From assembly GCA_949291945.1 (NCBI GenBank), contig CASEXH010000010.1, positions 44,482 through 108,481 on the forward strand: a DNA stretch of 64,000 bases. Direction: 5' to 3'. This document shows, piece after piece, positions 1 through 8,822 of this stretch (within the stretch, counting starts at the first letter, position 1; each line of letters begins with the position of its first letter). The DNA is from an uncultured Bacillota bacterium (GTDB lineage: Bacteria > Bacillota > Clostridia > Lachnospirales > Lachnospiraceae). The position numbers and the translations under genes were made by a program. The notes under the pieces were generated by a model. That model was not told where the DNA came from, did not search any database, and saw only the letters and a list, made by a program, of their open reading frames with translations.

Positions 1-365
1 CCGCAGCCCAAAGCCTTGGAATCGGCTCCTGCTATATTGGCGATATCATGGAAAACTATGAAATCCATAAAGAGCTCCTTAACCTGCCGGAATTTGTATT
101 CCCTGCTCTTATGCTGGTATTCGGTTATCCCACACCTCAGCAGCAGGAAAGAGAAAAGCCAAGGAGAACTCCCCTTGACTTTATTGTACATGAAAATACC
201 TATCCCCGGTTTTCTCCGGAAGAAATCCGTGAAAGCATCGCAGATTTAAAAGGAGAGGATTTTGATTCCTGGATGGAACGGTTCTGCAAACGGAAATATC
301 AGGCAGATTTTTCTCTTGAAATGTCCCGCTCTGTGGCCGCTGCCCTGAAAAATTTCCAGGAGTGA
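1..365 (+). CDS. Nitroreductase family protein (NfsA/Frp-like), 5'-truncated by the window edge
   Basis: The frame is open from base 3 and reads AAQSLGIGSCYIGDIMEN...LPEFVFPALMLVFGYP...KPR...HENTY, typical of a nitroreductase C-terminal half. Confidence 0.85.
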   Translation, partial: AAQSLGIGSCYIGDIMENYEIHKELLNLPEFVFPALMLVFGYPTPQQQEREKPRRTPLDFIVHENTYPRFSPEEIRESIADLKGEDFDSWMERFCKRKYQADFSLEMSRSVAAALKNFQE

Positions 366-401
366 CCCGGTATCAAAAATATGGATGGATATATTCTGCT
401 C

Positions 402-1220
402 TTAATATCCTGCCTTCAGACAGCCCATTCCTTCTCCTACCCAGCCGCCGGAGAGAAGGTGGGCTTTCATATTTTTCTGAAGGGATGTTTCCTCCGGAAG
501 GTCTTCCAAAGGAATGTCTCTTCTTTTAAACACCCATTCCATAAACTCCCTGCTGTCCTTATAGACCTCTTCCACAGTAAACATTTCCTGAAATTTCAGG
601 ATCCTGGAATTTTCCCCCAGAAGTTCTTTTAATGCCGGGCTCAGCAGCCAGGAACAGCACTTATAAGGAACCTTATCCCAGGATGGGACCTGTTTTTCAA
701 AAAATGTTTTTGCACTGGAAAGAGACCCTTTGATCTTCTCCGAATCCAGGATTGCATCAGAGGGAATGTGGATGGATATATACCTTTCACCATTCTTCTC
801 TTCCACTTTTTCATATTCCAGTTCTCCCAGGCGGAAAAGCTGGAGAGAAAGCTGTCTTCCGGTCCAGAAGTCCCGGTCAAAACCATAAACGCCGTAGCTG
901 GCCTTATGCTCTTCCACAAATCTGGTAAAGCATTTCATGGTATCCTCAAAGATTTTCCCTTCGATCCCCTGTTCCAGATACTTTCCCCAGGATATCACAG
1001 CAGCCTTTAACATACAGTAAAGGATCTTCAGTCCCCGGGGATCCTCTCCTATGGATCTCTTCAGATTTTCCCTGGCTTTTTCCCAGTTTTCTGCCTCCGT
1101 AAGTTTCCGGATATCCTTATCTGCCCGGGAAAATTCCTGTTTTTCTTCCATTGCCAAAACAGCTTCTTCTACTTCTTTCTGCAGTTCGATACGGCTGCAG
1201 ATCTCTTTCAGGCTCTCCAT
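402..1220 (-). CDS. Acyltransferase-domain protein (NAT_N + GNAT-like C-terminal domain family)
   Basis: 272-aa ORF with motifs FRLGELEYE, IHIP, CCSWLLSP and FQEMF. Family recognised from memory. Confidence 0.6.
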   Translation of the reverse strand: MESLKEICSRIELQKEVEEAVLAMEEKQEFSRADKDIRKLTEAENWEKARENLKRSIGEDPRGLKILYCMLKAAVISWGKYLEQGIEGKIFEDTMKCFTRFVEEHKASYGVYGFDRDFWTGRQLSLQLFRLGELEYEKVEEKNGERYISIHIPSDAILDSEKIKGSLSSAKTFFEKQVPSWDKVPYKCCSWLLSPALKELLGENSRILKFQEMFTVEEVYKDSREFMEWVFKRRDIPLEDLPEETSLQKNMKAHLLSGGWVGEGMGCLKAGY

Positions 1221-1260
1221 ACATTTCTCCTTAGCGTTTTTAATTTATGGTATCGGCACT

Positions 1261-1662
1261 CTATGCACCCTGCCTTTTTTCTTCCAAATTCCTTAAATGT
1301 TCTTCTGCTTTTCTCATATCACGGTCATAATTTTCAATTTTCTGATTCAGCCGGTCCAAAGATTCCTGCATTTCTTCCATCCGTGATATTAGCTGGTCTC
1401 TCTGATCCACCAGAATATTTTTTCTGGCTTCCAGGGTTGCATCCCCCTGTTGGAAAAGATCCACATACTCGATAAGGGCCTCAATCTGTACCCCGGCCTT
1501 TCTCATACACTTCATCAACTCCACCCAGCCGCAGGAAGCTTCGTCATAATTGCGGATCCCACTTTTCGTCCTGGGCACCGGGGGAATCAGTCCGATTCTC
1601 TCATAATACCGAAGAGTGTCCTGTGAAATATCATATTTCTTACTGACTTCCGCTATAGTCAT
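1261..1662 (-). CDS. MerR-family transcriptional regulator (AdhR-like)
   Basis: MerR HTH MTIAEVSKKYDISQDTLRYYERIGLI, a KCMR cysteine and a C-terminal coiled coil. Confidence 0.92.
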   Translation of the reverse strand: MTIAEVSKKYDISQDTLRYYERIGLIPPVPRTKSGIRNYDEASCGWVELMKCMRKAGVQIEALIEYVDLFQQGDATLEARKNILVDQRDQLISRMEEMQESLDRLNQKIENYDRDMRKAEEHLRNLEEKRQGA

Positions 1663-1698
1663 AAGTCTTCATCCTTTCTTTTGAATACTTCTGATATA

Positions 1699-1729
1699 AG
1701 GATATAACCTGTAGCCGGCTCTAAGTCAA
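1699..1729 (-). promoter_or_regulatory. MerR-type promoter with a 19-bp spacer and dyad operator
   Basis: Minus strand: TTGACT (1729-1724), 19-bp spacer, TATCCT. The imperfect dyad CTTAGAG-CCGG-CTACAGG overlaps the spacer. Confidence 0.7.
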
Positions 1730-1982
1730 GGATTTTCTTACAAAAGAAGTAAGACACAGCCAAACTGGACTGTGCCCTGCCTTTTATTAATTACTTTATC
1801 GGCATCTTAAGGTATCATACTATAGATCATAAATCAACACCTTCTTGTGCTGCAAATTCCCATACTGTATCTTCCTCACCGCTATCCCACGAATTATACT
1901 TTCTTTCCATTCATCTCACTTTTCTTATTGCCCGCCAGGTGCTATAATTGCACTATACATTAAGAAAGGCAGGTAACCGATT

Positions 1983-2258
1983 ATGAAACAATGCATGGAC
2001 GCTCCCAACCTTCACCGGCGCATGAAGAAAATCATGGGACAGTTAAATGCTATAGACAAAATGATCGATGAGGATGTTCCCTGTGAAGATATCCTGATAC
2101 AGATAAACGCCGCAAAAAGTGCCCTGCACAAGGTAGGGCAGGTAGTCCTGGAAGGCCATTTAAACCACTGCGTCCGGGACGGTATCGAACATGGCGATGC
2201 AGACAAAACTATCGCAGAATTTGCCAAGGCCATCGAGCATTTCTCCCGAATGTCCTAA
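1983..2258 (+). CDS. CsoR/RcnR-family metal-sensing repressor
   Basis: RMKKIMGQL...PCEDILIQINAAKSAL...GHLNHCV carries the Cys-His-Cys metal ligand pattern. Confidence 0.9.
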   Translation: MKQCMDAPNLHRRMKKIMGQLNAIDKMIDEDVPCEDILIQINAAKSALHKVGQVVLEGHLNHCVRDGIEHGDADKTIAEFAKAIEHFSRMS

Positions 2259-2412
2259 TCCCGTCCTGATAAACGTTTTTATAGACGTACGGAAAAAGTC
2301 TCCGAAAAGAGTCGGCACAAAACTCTTTTCAGAGGCTTTTCTTATTATATGATGTTGGGGGCAAAAGCCCCCAACTATGATACCTACGGATTGCTACGTG
2401 CTGCGCACTCTC

Positions 2413-4146
2413 TCATTCTTCCCCGGGCATCTTCCATGCATGGTGATCTGTATGAAGGAGATGGTGGGCTATTTCAGAAAGGGGGGCTTCCAGGTAATCC
2501 TGGTAGCATTTGGTCACGGAAGGATTCTCATGTGAAAAACGCAGATTGTTTACTTTATCCAGCCCGTAAAGCACCGTGTTTCTCACTTCAGACAATTCTT
2601 CTCCATCCTTGATAGGCTGCCCTCCGCCGCCAGTGCAGCCCCCGGGACAGGCCATGATCTCCACAAAGTCATATTTCACCTTTCCTTTGCGGATGGCCTT
2701 CATCAGCTTCCTTGTATTGCCCAGTCCGCTGGCCACCGCTACCCGGATGGTCTGTCCTGCCAGATTGAATTCTGCCTCTTTCCATCCTTCCATTCCCCTG
2801 ACCTTTTTAAAAGAGTCCGGATCCGGGTTTCTTCCTGTCACCAGATAATAAGCAGTACGCAGAGCTGCTTCCATGACACCGCCGGTAGCTCCGAAAATAA
2901 CACCTGCCCCTGTTCCGGTTCCCAGAGGGGTATCGAATTCTTCCTCTTCCAGTCTGGAAGGATCAATGTGTTCAGAACGGATCAGGCGGACAACCTCTCT
3001 GGTAGTCAGCACTGCATCTACATCCTGCCCGGCGCCAGCGTCATTCATCACCGGAATATCACATTCCTGTTTTTTCGCAATGCAGGGCATGATAGACAGG
3101 GAAAAGATCCTGGAGGGATCCACTCCCAAAAGCTGGGCATAATAGGATTTTGCCACTGCCCCAAACATCTGCTGGGGAGATTTTGCGCTGGACAGCTGGT
3201 CCACCATATCCGGATACTGGGATTTCATAAATCTTACCCAGCCGGGGCAGCAGGATGTAAACATGGGATATCTTTCCAGATCGCCTTTTTTCAATCTTTC
3301 CAAAAATTCACTGCCCTCTTCCATGATGGTCAGGTCTGCGCTGAAATTGGTATCGAAAATATAATCAAACCCGATCTGCCGCAGAGCAGCTACCAGTCTT
3401 TTAACGGTTGCAAACTCCCGGGACAGGCCGAAAGACTCTCCCCAGGAAGTGCGGACTGCCGGAGCAAGCTGAACCACTGTGATTTTTTCTGGATCTGCCA
3501 GGGCATCCAGGACCTTACGCCGGTCATCTCTTTCCCTTAATGCTCCTACCGGGCAATGGGTAATGCACTGGCCGCAGAGAGCACAGTCTGATTCATCAAT
3601 CTTCCTGTTTCTGGAAACATCTACCGTTGTCCTGGATCCGGTTCCTGCCACATCCCAGATATTCAGGTTTTGTATCTTATCACAGACCTGCACACAGCGC
3701 ATACACTTGATACATTTTCCCGCATCACGGATCAGAGGAAATTCCATAGGCCACCGGGACCTGGGCAGTTCAATCTCAAAGGGCAGATCCAGGATCCCCA
3801 GATCATTGGAAATGGTCTGAAGGCTGCAGTTGCCGCTCCGCACACAGGTGGCGCATTTGCAGTCATGCTGTGACAGAATCAGTTCCACGTTATTTCTCCG
3901 GCTCTCCCGGACTTTGGGACTGTTGGTAAACACTTCCATACCATCCCACACTTCATTGTTGCAGGCAGTCACCAGCTTTGCGCAGTTCTTTACCTCTACC
4001 ACACAGACACGGCAGGCGCCGATTTCATTAATATCTTTCAGAAAGCACAGGGTTGGAATCCGGATCCCGGCCTGGGACGCAGCGTCTAAAATAGTGGTTC
4101 CTTCCTTTACTTCCACGTTTTTTCCGTTTATCGTCAGTTTTACCAT
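2413..4146 (-). CDS. hydA: [FeFe]-hydrogenase group A catalytic subunit
   Basis: H-cluster motifs FTSCCPGW, MPCIAKKQE and EIMACPGGCTGGGGQP, plus N-terminal 2Fe-2S, His-ligated 4Fe-4S and 2x4Fe-4S motifs. Confidence 0.97.
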   Translation of the reverse strand: MVKLTINGKNVEVKEGTTILDAASQAGIRIPTLCFLKDINEIGACRVCVVEVKNCAKLVTACNNEVWDGMEVFTNSPKVRESRRNNVELILSQHDCKCATCVRSGNCSLQTISNDLGILDLPFEIELPRSRWPMEFPLIRDAGKCIKCMRCVQVCDKIQNLNIWDVAGTGSRTTVDVSRNRKIDESDCALCGQCITHCPVGALRERDDRRKVLDALADPEKITVVQLAPAVRTSWGESFGLSREFATVKRLVAALRQIGFDYIFDTNFSADLTIMEEGSEFLERLKKGDLERYPMFTSCCPGWVRFMKSQYPDMVDQLSSAKSPQQMFGAVAKSYYAQLLGVDPSRIFSLSIMPCIAKKQECDIPVMNDAGAGQDVDAVLTTREVVRLIRSEHIDPSRLEEEEFDTPLGTGTGAGVIFGATGGVMEAALRTAYYLVTGRNPDPDSFKKVRGMEGWKEAEFNLAGQTIRVAVASGLGNTRKLMKAIRKGKVKYDFVEIMACPGGCTGGGGQPIKDGEELSEVRNTVLYGLDKVNNLRFSHENPSVTKCYQDYLEAPLSEIAHHLLHTDHHAWKMPGEE

Positions 4147-5978
4147 TTTTCAATCCTGCCTCCTTTCAGAATACCAAATCCAAAGTGGTCACAGCGGATA
4201 CATCTTCTGGCTTCCTGACAGGCCTCCTCGCAGGTCATTCCTTCTTCAATCAGTTCAAAGTCCTTGATCCTCTCAGAAGCCTGACGGACCTTCATATTTA
4301 CTCTGGCGCAGCTGCGGTTATCATCCAGACGTACTCTGGGGATTTCCACATCTGTGGAGATCACATGGTTGTATCCCAGGAATTCATCGATATTGGCTGC
4401 TGCCACCTTGCCTGCGGCGATTGCCCGGATGACTGTGGCCGGTCCGGTAACACAGTCGCCTCCTGCAAAGACGCCGGTAATATCTTTGGTCTTTACGCCG
4501 CTCCAGCTCATAGCCTCGATAACCCCCCGTTTCACCGGAATTCCCTGTTTTTCAAATTCTTTTGATTCAATGCCCTGACCAATGGCTACGATCACAATAT
4601 CACAGCCAAGACGCACAGGAGCTTTTGTAGATACCATAGGAACCGGTCTTCCATGTTTCATGGGGCCGATGATCTGAGGCTGCACCCACAAAGCTGACGC
4701 TCGGCCCTGGTCATCTACTTCAATCCTTAATGGTGCATGAAGATCCAAAAGTTCACAGCCCTCTTCAATGGCTCCTTCGATCTCCTCTTCCATAGCAGTC
4801 ATGTCTACCCGACGTCTCCGATAAGCGATCCGCACCCGTTTTGCTCCCAGGCGCACCGCAGACCGGGCTACATCCATGGCTACGTTTCCGCCACCTATAA
4901 CGACGATTTCCTTTCCTGTGAAATCCGGCATCTCGTCGTCTCCGATTTCCCGGAGAAGTTCCACAGCGGAGATGACGCCTTGGGCTTCTTCCCCTTCAAT
5001 GCCAATCTTTCTGTCAATATGTGCTCCAATGGCAATATAAACTGCATCATACTCTTCTCTTAAATCTGCGATATTTGGATCCTCTCCCACTGTTACCTCT
5101 GTCTTTACATGAATACCCAGACTTAAGAGATGGTTGATCTCCCGGTCCAGTTCCTCTCTTGGCAGACGGTAATTGGGGATTCCATAGCGGAGCATACCGC
5201 CCAGTTTCTTTCTCTGCTCAAAGATCGTCACCTCGTGTCCCATAAGGGTGAGATAATAAGCCGCACTGATACCTCCCGGGCCACCGCCTATAACAGCTAC
5301 CTTCTTTCCTGTAGCCACCGCCGGTACAGGAAGGGGAACATCGCCTGCATGATCTACTGCAAATCGTTTCAGTCCACGGATATTAACCGGATCATCTACC
5401 ATGGTCCTGCGGCACCGTACCTCGCAGGGATGTTCACAGATCAGGCCGCAGACTGCAGGAAGGGGATTATCTTTTCGGATCAGCCGCACCGCATCCCCGT
5501 ATCGGCCCTCTGCTACCAAAGCTACATAACCGGGAATATCCACTCCCGCCGGACATTGGGATACACAGGGAACCGGCTGGTTCAGCTCAAATTTACATCT
5601 TCCTCTTAAAACATGTTCCTCAAAATCATCTCTGAATCCGCGGATTCCTTTTAAAACCATTCTGGCAGCTTCATAGCCGATGGCGCAGTCTGCGGAATAA
5701 AAAATATTCCGTGCAGTTTTTTCGATAAGATCGATCACGGAAAGGTCCGCCTGTCCGTCCAGGACCTGCTCCATCAGCTTCTGGAGCTGACCCAGTCCTA
5801 CCCTGCAGGGCACACACTTTCCACAGGACTGGGCATGACAAAGTTTCAAAAAAGACGAGGCCAGATCCACAGGACATAGTCCGGGAGGACTGGCGCTGAT
5901 CCGTCTTTCCAGGTCTTTATACAGTTCTTCTACTGTCGCCTGGGCTTTGTTCTGTGTAATAATACTTAATCTGCTCAA
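4140..5978 (-). CDS. NAD(P)-binding GltD/SudA-like flavoprotein with an N-terminal NuoF-type 4Fe-4S domain; hydrogenase partner subunit
   Basis: Motifs SCGKCVPC...C, CVSQCP, CGLICEHPCE, GGGPGG, GGGNVAMD and C-terminal RCIRC. A TTG start at 5978 follows RBS GAGGAGG (the ORF-track start at 6158 is too far upstream). The stop overlaps the hydA start. Confidence 0.9.
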   Translation of the reverse strand: MSRLSIITQNKAQATVEELYKDLERRISASPPGLCPVDLASSFLKLCHAQSCGKCVPCRVGLGQLQKLMEQVLDGQADLSVIDLIEKTARNIFYSADCAIGYEAARMVLKGIRGFRDDFEEHVLRGRCKFELNQPVPCVSQCPAGVDIPGYVALVAEGRYGDAVRLIRKDNPLPAVCGLICEHPCEVRCRRTMVDDPVNIRGLKRFAVDHAGDVPLPVPAVATGKKVAVIGGGPGGISAAYYLTLMGHEVTIFEQRKKLGGMLRYGIPNYRLPREELDREINHLLSLGIHVKTEVTVGEDPNIADLREEYDAVYIAIGAHIDRKIGIEGEEAQGVISAVELLREIGDDEMPDFTGKEIVVIGGGNVAMDVARSAVRLGAKRVRIAYRRRRVDMTAMEEEIEGAIEEGCELLDLHAPLRIEVDDQGRASALWVQPQIIGPMKHGRPVPMVSTKAPVRLGCDIVIVAIGQGIESKEFEKQGIPVKRGVIEAMSWSGVKTKDITGVFAGGDCVTGPATVIRAIAAGKVAAANIDEFLGYNHVISTDVEIPRVRLDDNRSCARVNMKVRQASERIKDFELIEEGMTCEEACQEARRCIRCDHFGFGILKGGRIEKW

Positions 5979-6003
5979 TGAAAGATTCCTCCTCTCTTCT
6001 GAT

Positions 6004-6158
6004 AAAAAAGGGCGGCATTTATCGCTTATCCGATAAATGTCGCCCAGACGTCCGGCTTCTCTATCAGCTCTTGCCACATCATGGTACTCCATTTTATACG
6101 TCAGCAGCAAAAACCCTTTATTTAAATTCAACATATCACATTCAATGCCTTCTGTCAA
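6004..6158 (-). promoter_or_regulatory. Sigma-A promoter and 5' leader containing an intrinsic terminator (attenuator) ahead of the hydrogenase operon
   Basis: TTGACA (6158-6153), 17 bp, TATGTT (6135-6130). A 15-bp stem (6010-6024 / 6031-6045) is followed by T6 on the minus strand, ending ~25 nt before the TTG start. Confidence 0.7.
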
Positions 6159-6231
6159 TTTAATTTTTATAATAATATTTTCTTAATTAAGCATTCTATC
6201 TCTCTATTTTCACAAAAATTCCCCATCCCAC

Positions 6232-7761
6232 TTATAGCTTTAATGATATTCCTGTGCTCTCAGCAGCTTTCAAAAGCTCTCCTTCCAGAAGCAGTTCCCG
6301 AACAGCTTCTATGTACGGTTCTAAAGCCACATCTTCTTTCAATGCCGGCATAACCTGGCGGATTTTCTTATATACGGCCTCCAGAGCAGGAGAAGATTTC
6401 ATCTCCGGATAAAATTCCTTTGCCTGGGCAGCGCAGATCAGTTCTATGGCAAGGATATATTGTCCAAGCTGAACACAGTCATATGCTTTTTTGGCCGCAT
6501 TATACCCCATACTTACATAGTCTTCCTGATTTGCGCAGGTCACAACATTGTCTACTACTGCCGGGGCAGACAGAAGCCGCATTTCTCCGATCAGACCGGC
6601 AGAAGTGTACTGAATCATCATCAGGCCGTCATTAAAATCCGCATCAGCATTCAGAAAAGGAGGTAATTCGCTGACATGACGGTTTACCAGACGGTCTGTC
6701 CTTCTCTCCGACATTTTTGCCAGGTCTGTAAGGGCAATGCACAGAAAATCTGAAGCCATTCCCAGATAGCTTCCGTCTGCATTGCATCCCATAACTGCCT
6801 CTGCCTGTCCATTTTCTTCAAAGATAAGAGGATTATCCACAGAAGAATTCAGTTCGATATCGATAGTTGACAGGCCGTCAGAAAGAGCTTTCTTCACAGC
6901 GCCGTGAAGCTGCGGGATACAGCGCAGGGACAGTGCGTCCTGCACCCGATAGTCTTTATACTTTTCGATAATCTGGCTTCCCTTCAGGAGATTCCGGATA
7001 TTTTCTGCTGTTTTTATCTGTCCTGGATGAGGCCTTGCCAGCATAAGTCTCTCATCCATGGCCATAACTGTTCCTTTCAGCATTTCCAGAGAAAAGGCTC
7101 CTGCAATATCTGCTGTTTTTGCAAGGATTACAGCATCATAGTAAGCCAGACATGCCAGCGCCGTTACAGATGTAGTTCCTGACACAAGGGTAAGACCTTC
7201 TTTTGCCCCAAGGACAACCGGCTTTAAGCCGGCCTTTTCCAGAGCCTCTTTTCCGGGGCAAAGCTCCCCTTTGTACCATGCCTTTCCCTCCCCGATCAGC
7301 ACCATACCGATATGAGCTTCCAGTCCAATGTAGCCCACCGATCCGTGTTTGGGAACTCTTGGAAAGATTCCCCGGTTCAGACATTCCCGCAGAAGTTCCA
7401 GAGTTTCCAGCCGAAATCCAGTATGGCCGCTTCCAAAATGGAGCAGCATAATAAACATCATAGCTCTTACCCCTTCTTCTTCAAGAGGTTCTCCTACAGA
7501 TACCGTATGGGCCAGGATATGATTTTTCTGGATCTTTACCCTTTCTTCTTCCGGAACAAATTTTCTGCAGTTGTCTCCAAGCCCTGTGGTAATTCCATAA
7601 ATTGCCTTTCCTTCCCGGCTGAACCGTTCTACATGGGTCCTGCACCGGCTGACTCTGTCCTTATATTCCTGAGAAAACTCCACTTTTGCGTGATGTCTTG
7701 CTACCTTTATCACCTGTTCCAGTGTGTTCTTTTCTTCCAAAATTACAGTCTTCATTTCCAA
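6232..7761 (-). CDS. HAL/PAL-fold ammonia-lyase family protein lacking the MIO-forming Ala-Ser-Gly
   Basis: Family motifs IYGITTGLG, QDALSLRCIPQLHG, DNPLIF and NQEDYVSMG are present. The MIO segment reads GSVGYIGLEAH instead of GSVGASGDLAPL. Confidence 0.88.
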   Translation of the reverse strand: MEMKTVILEEKNTLEQVIKVARHHAKVEFSQEYKDRVSRCRTHVERFSREGKAIYGITTGLGDNCRKFVPEEERVKIQKNHILAHTVSVGEPLEEEGVRAMMFIMLLHFGSGHTGFRLETLELLRECLNRGIFPRVPKHGSVGYIGLEAHIGMVLIGEGKAWYKGELCPGKEALEKAGLKPVVLGAKEGLTLVSGTTSVTALACLAYYDAVILAKTADIAGAFSLEMLKGTVMAMDERLMLARPHPGQIKTAENIRNLLKGSQIIEKYKDYRVQDALSLRCIPQLHGAVKKALSDGLSTIDIELNSSVDNPLIFEENGQAEAVMGCNADGSYLGMASDFLCIALTDLAKMSERRTDRLVNRHVSELPPFLNADADFNDGLMMIQYTSAGLIGEMRLLSAPAVVDNVVTCANQEDYVSMGYNAAKKAYDCVQLGQYILAIELICAAQAKEFYPEMKSSPALEAVYKKIRQVMPALKEDVALEPYIEAVRELLLEGELLKAAESTGISLKL

Positions 7762-7768
7762 TCTCCAA

Positions 7769-8797
7769 TCAATTCAGCAGTCTGTTGTTTTCATAACCCC
7801 CTTCCAGGGAAACGCTCATACGCTTTAAGCGTTGATAAACATCCTCTTCAAGCTCTGTAACATTCTGATTTCTTTCATCGACAGGCTTATTCCCGAAAAT
7901 TTCCCCGGGCACATAAACCTGTCCGCCTGGTTTTATAGGAGGACATTCTCTTACTTCCTGGGCAAGATGGTCCACCTGCTCTTTAAAATCTTCCAGATCC
8001 GTAAACATTTCTGTTGAAAAGGCAAGGAACAGATATCCCAGATCATACTCATCTTTTCCGGCTCTTCCCATCTTTGCTCCTACAAAAGCGCCTGTCAGGA
8101 TCTCCAGAGCGTAGCATAAGGCATAGCCTTTTGGGCCTCCAAAGGGCACTCCCGCTTCTGCCCGCTTTGGACCTGTGGTAAAATTCCCCGCTTTATCTAT
8201 GAAGGCATTTTCCGGCAAAGGACGGTTCTCTACCATTGCCTGCCGCACCTCTCCCCAGACTTTCTGGGATGTAGCAAAGTCAAAGATATACGGTTTTCCT
8301 CTGCCGCTTGGGAAAGAAAAGCATAAGGGATTCGTCCCGAATATACCTCTGGCTCCTCCATAAGGCGCAACACATGCAGGTCCCCCATTATTCGTAATCA
8401 TTCCCACCAGACCTTCCTGGGCAATTTTTCTGGCATAAGGAGTTACTCGTGAATACCTGCTTACATTTTTCAGAGCTACAATTCCTACGCCGTACTCTTT
8501 TGCAGCCTCAATGGCAAGATTGGTCCCATATAAAGCAGCAATATGTCCCAGTTCTCCATTGCCGTCTATCTGGGCATAACAACCGTTTTTCCTGAGCAAC
8601 TTCATATCTCCCGTTCTTCTGGAAAGTCCTGCATCCACAGTCAGAAATTTAGATATCCCATGGGTCTTATGTCCTTCCAGCTCAGACTCCAGATAATCTG
8701 ACACCATAAAATCTGCATATTCTCCGCAGATCCCTCGAATCTCCAGAGACTTTGTCATTAGTTCTTTTATTTCTTCTATTTCTACGGTCACTGTCAT
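7769..8797 (-). CDS. Ldh_2-family oxidoreductase (DpkA/ComC/AllD-like)
   Basis: Motifs GHKTHG, GTNPLCFSFP, FDFATS and PFGGPKGYAL. Confidence 0.9.
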   Translation of the reverse strand: MTVTVEIEEIKELMTKSLEIRGICGEYADFMVSDYLESELEGHKTHGISKFLTVDAGLSRRTGDMKLLRKNGCYAQIDGNGELGHIAALYGTNLAIEAAKEYGVGIVALKNVSRYSRVTPYARKIAQEGLVGMITNNGGPACVAPYGGARGIFGTNPLCFSFPSGRGKPYIFDFATSQKVWGEVRQAMVENRPLPENAFIDKAGNFTTGPKRAEAGVPFGGPKGYALCYALEILTGAFVGAKMGRAGKDEYDLGYLFLAFSTEMFTDLEDFKEQVDHLAQEVRECPPIKPGGQVYVPGEIFGNKPVDERNQNVTELEEDVYQRLKRMSVSLEGGYENNRLLN

Positions 8798-8822
8798 ATC
8801 CTGTACATCCCTCCCTCAGCTT

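Noticed and set aside
1827-1910. 27-aa ORF MERKYNSWDSGEEDTVWEFAAQEGVDL on the minus strand
   Set aside because: Weak RBS and no recognisable family; cannot be supported.
6046-6110. Fluoride, yybP-ykoY or ANTAR identity for the hydrogenase leader
   Set aside because: Only partial word matches; the diagnostic 3' elements and hexaloops are missing.
5979-6158. N-terminal extension of the GltD-like ORF given in the ORF track
   Set aside because: It overlaps the promoter and leader terminator; a TTG at 5978 has a strong RBS.
6232-7761. Calling the HAL-fold gene hutH
   Set aside because: The MIO tripeptide and its supporting residues are absent, and no hutU/I/G genes are nearby.
6232-7761. Calling it ergothionase outright
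   Set aside because: It is MIO-less like ergothionase, but the loop sequence and the apparent specificity residue differ, and the neighbours are not known thiourocanate-pathway genes.
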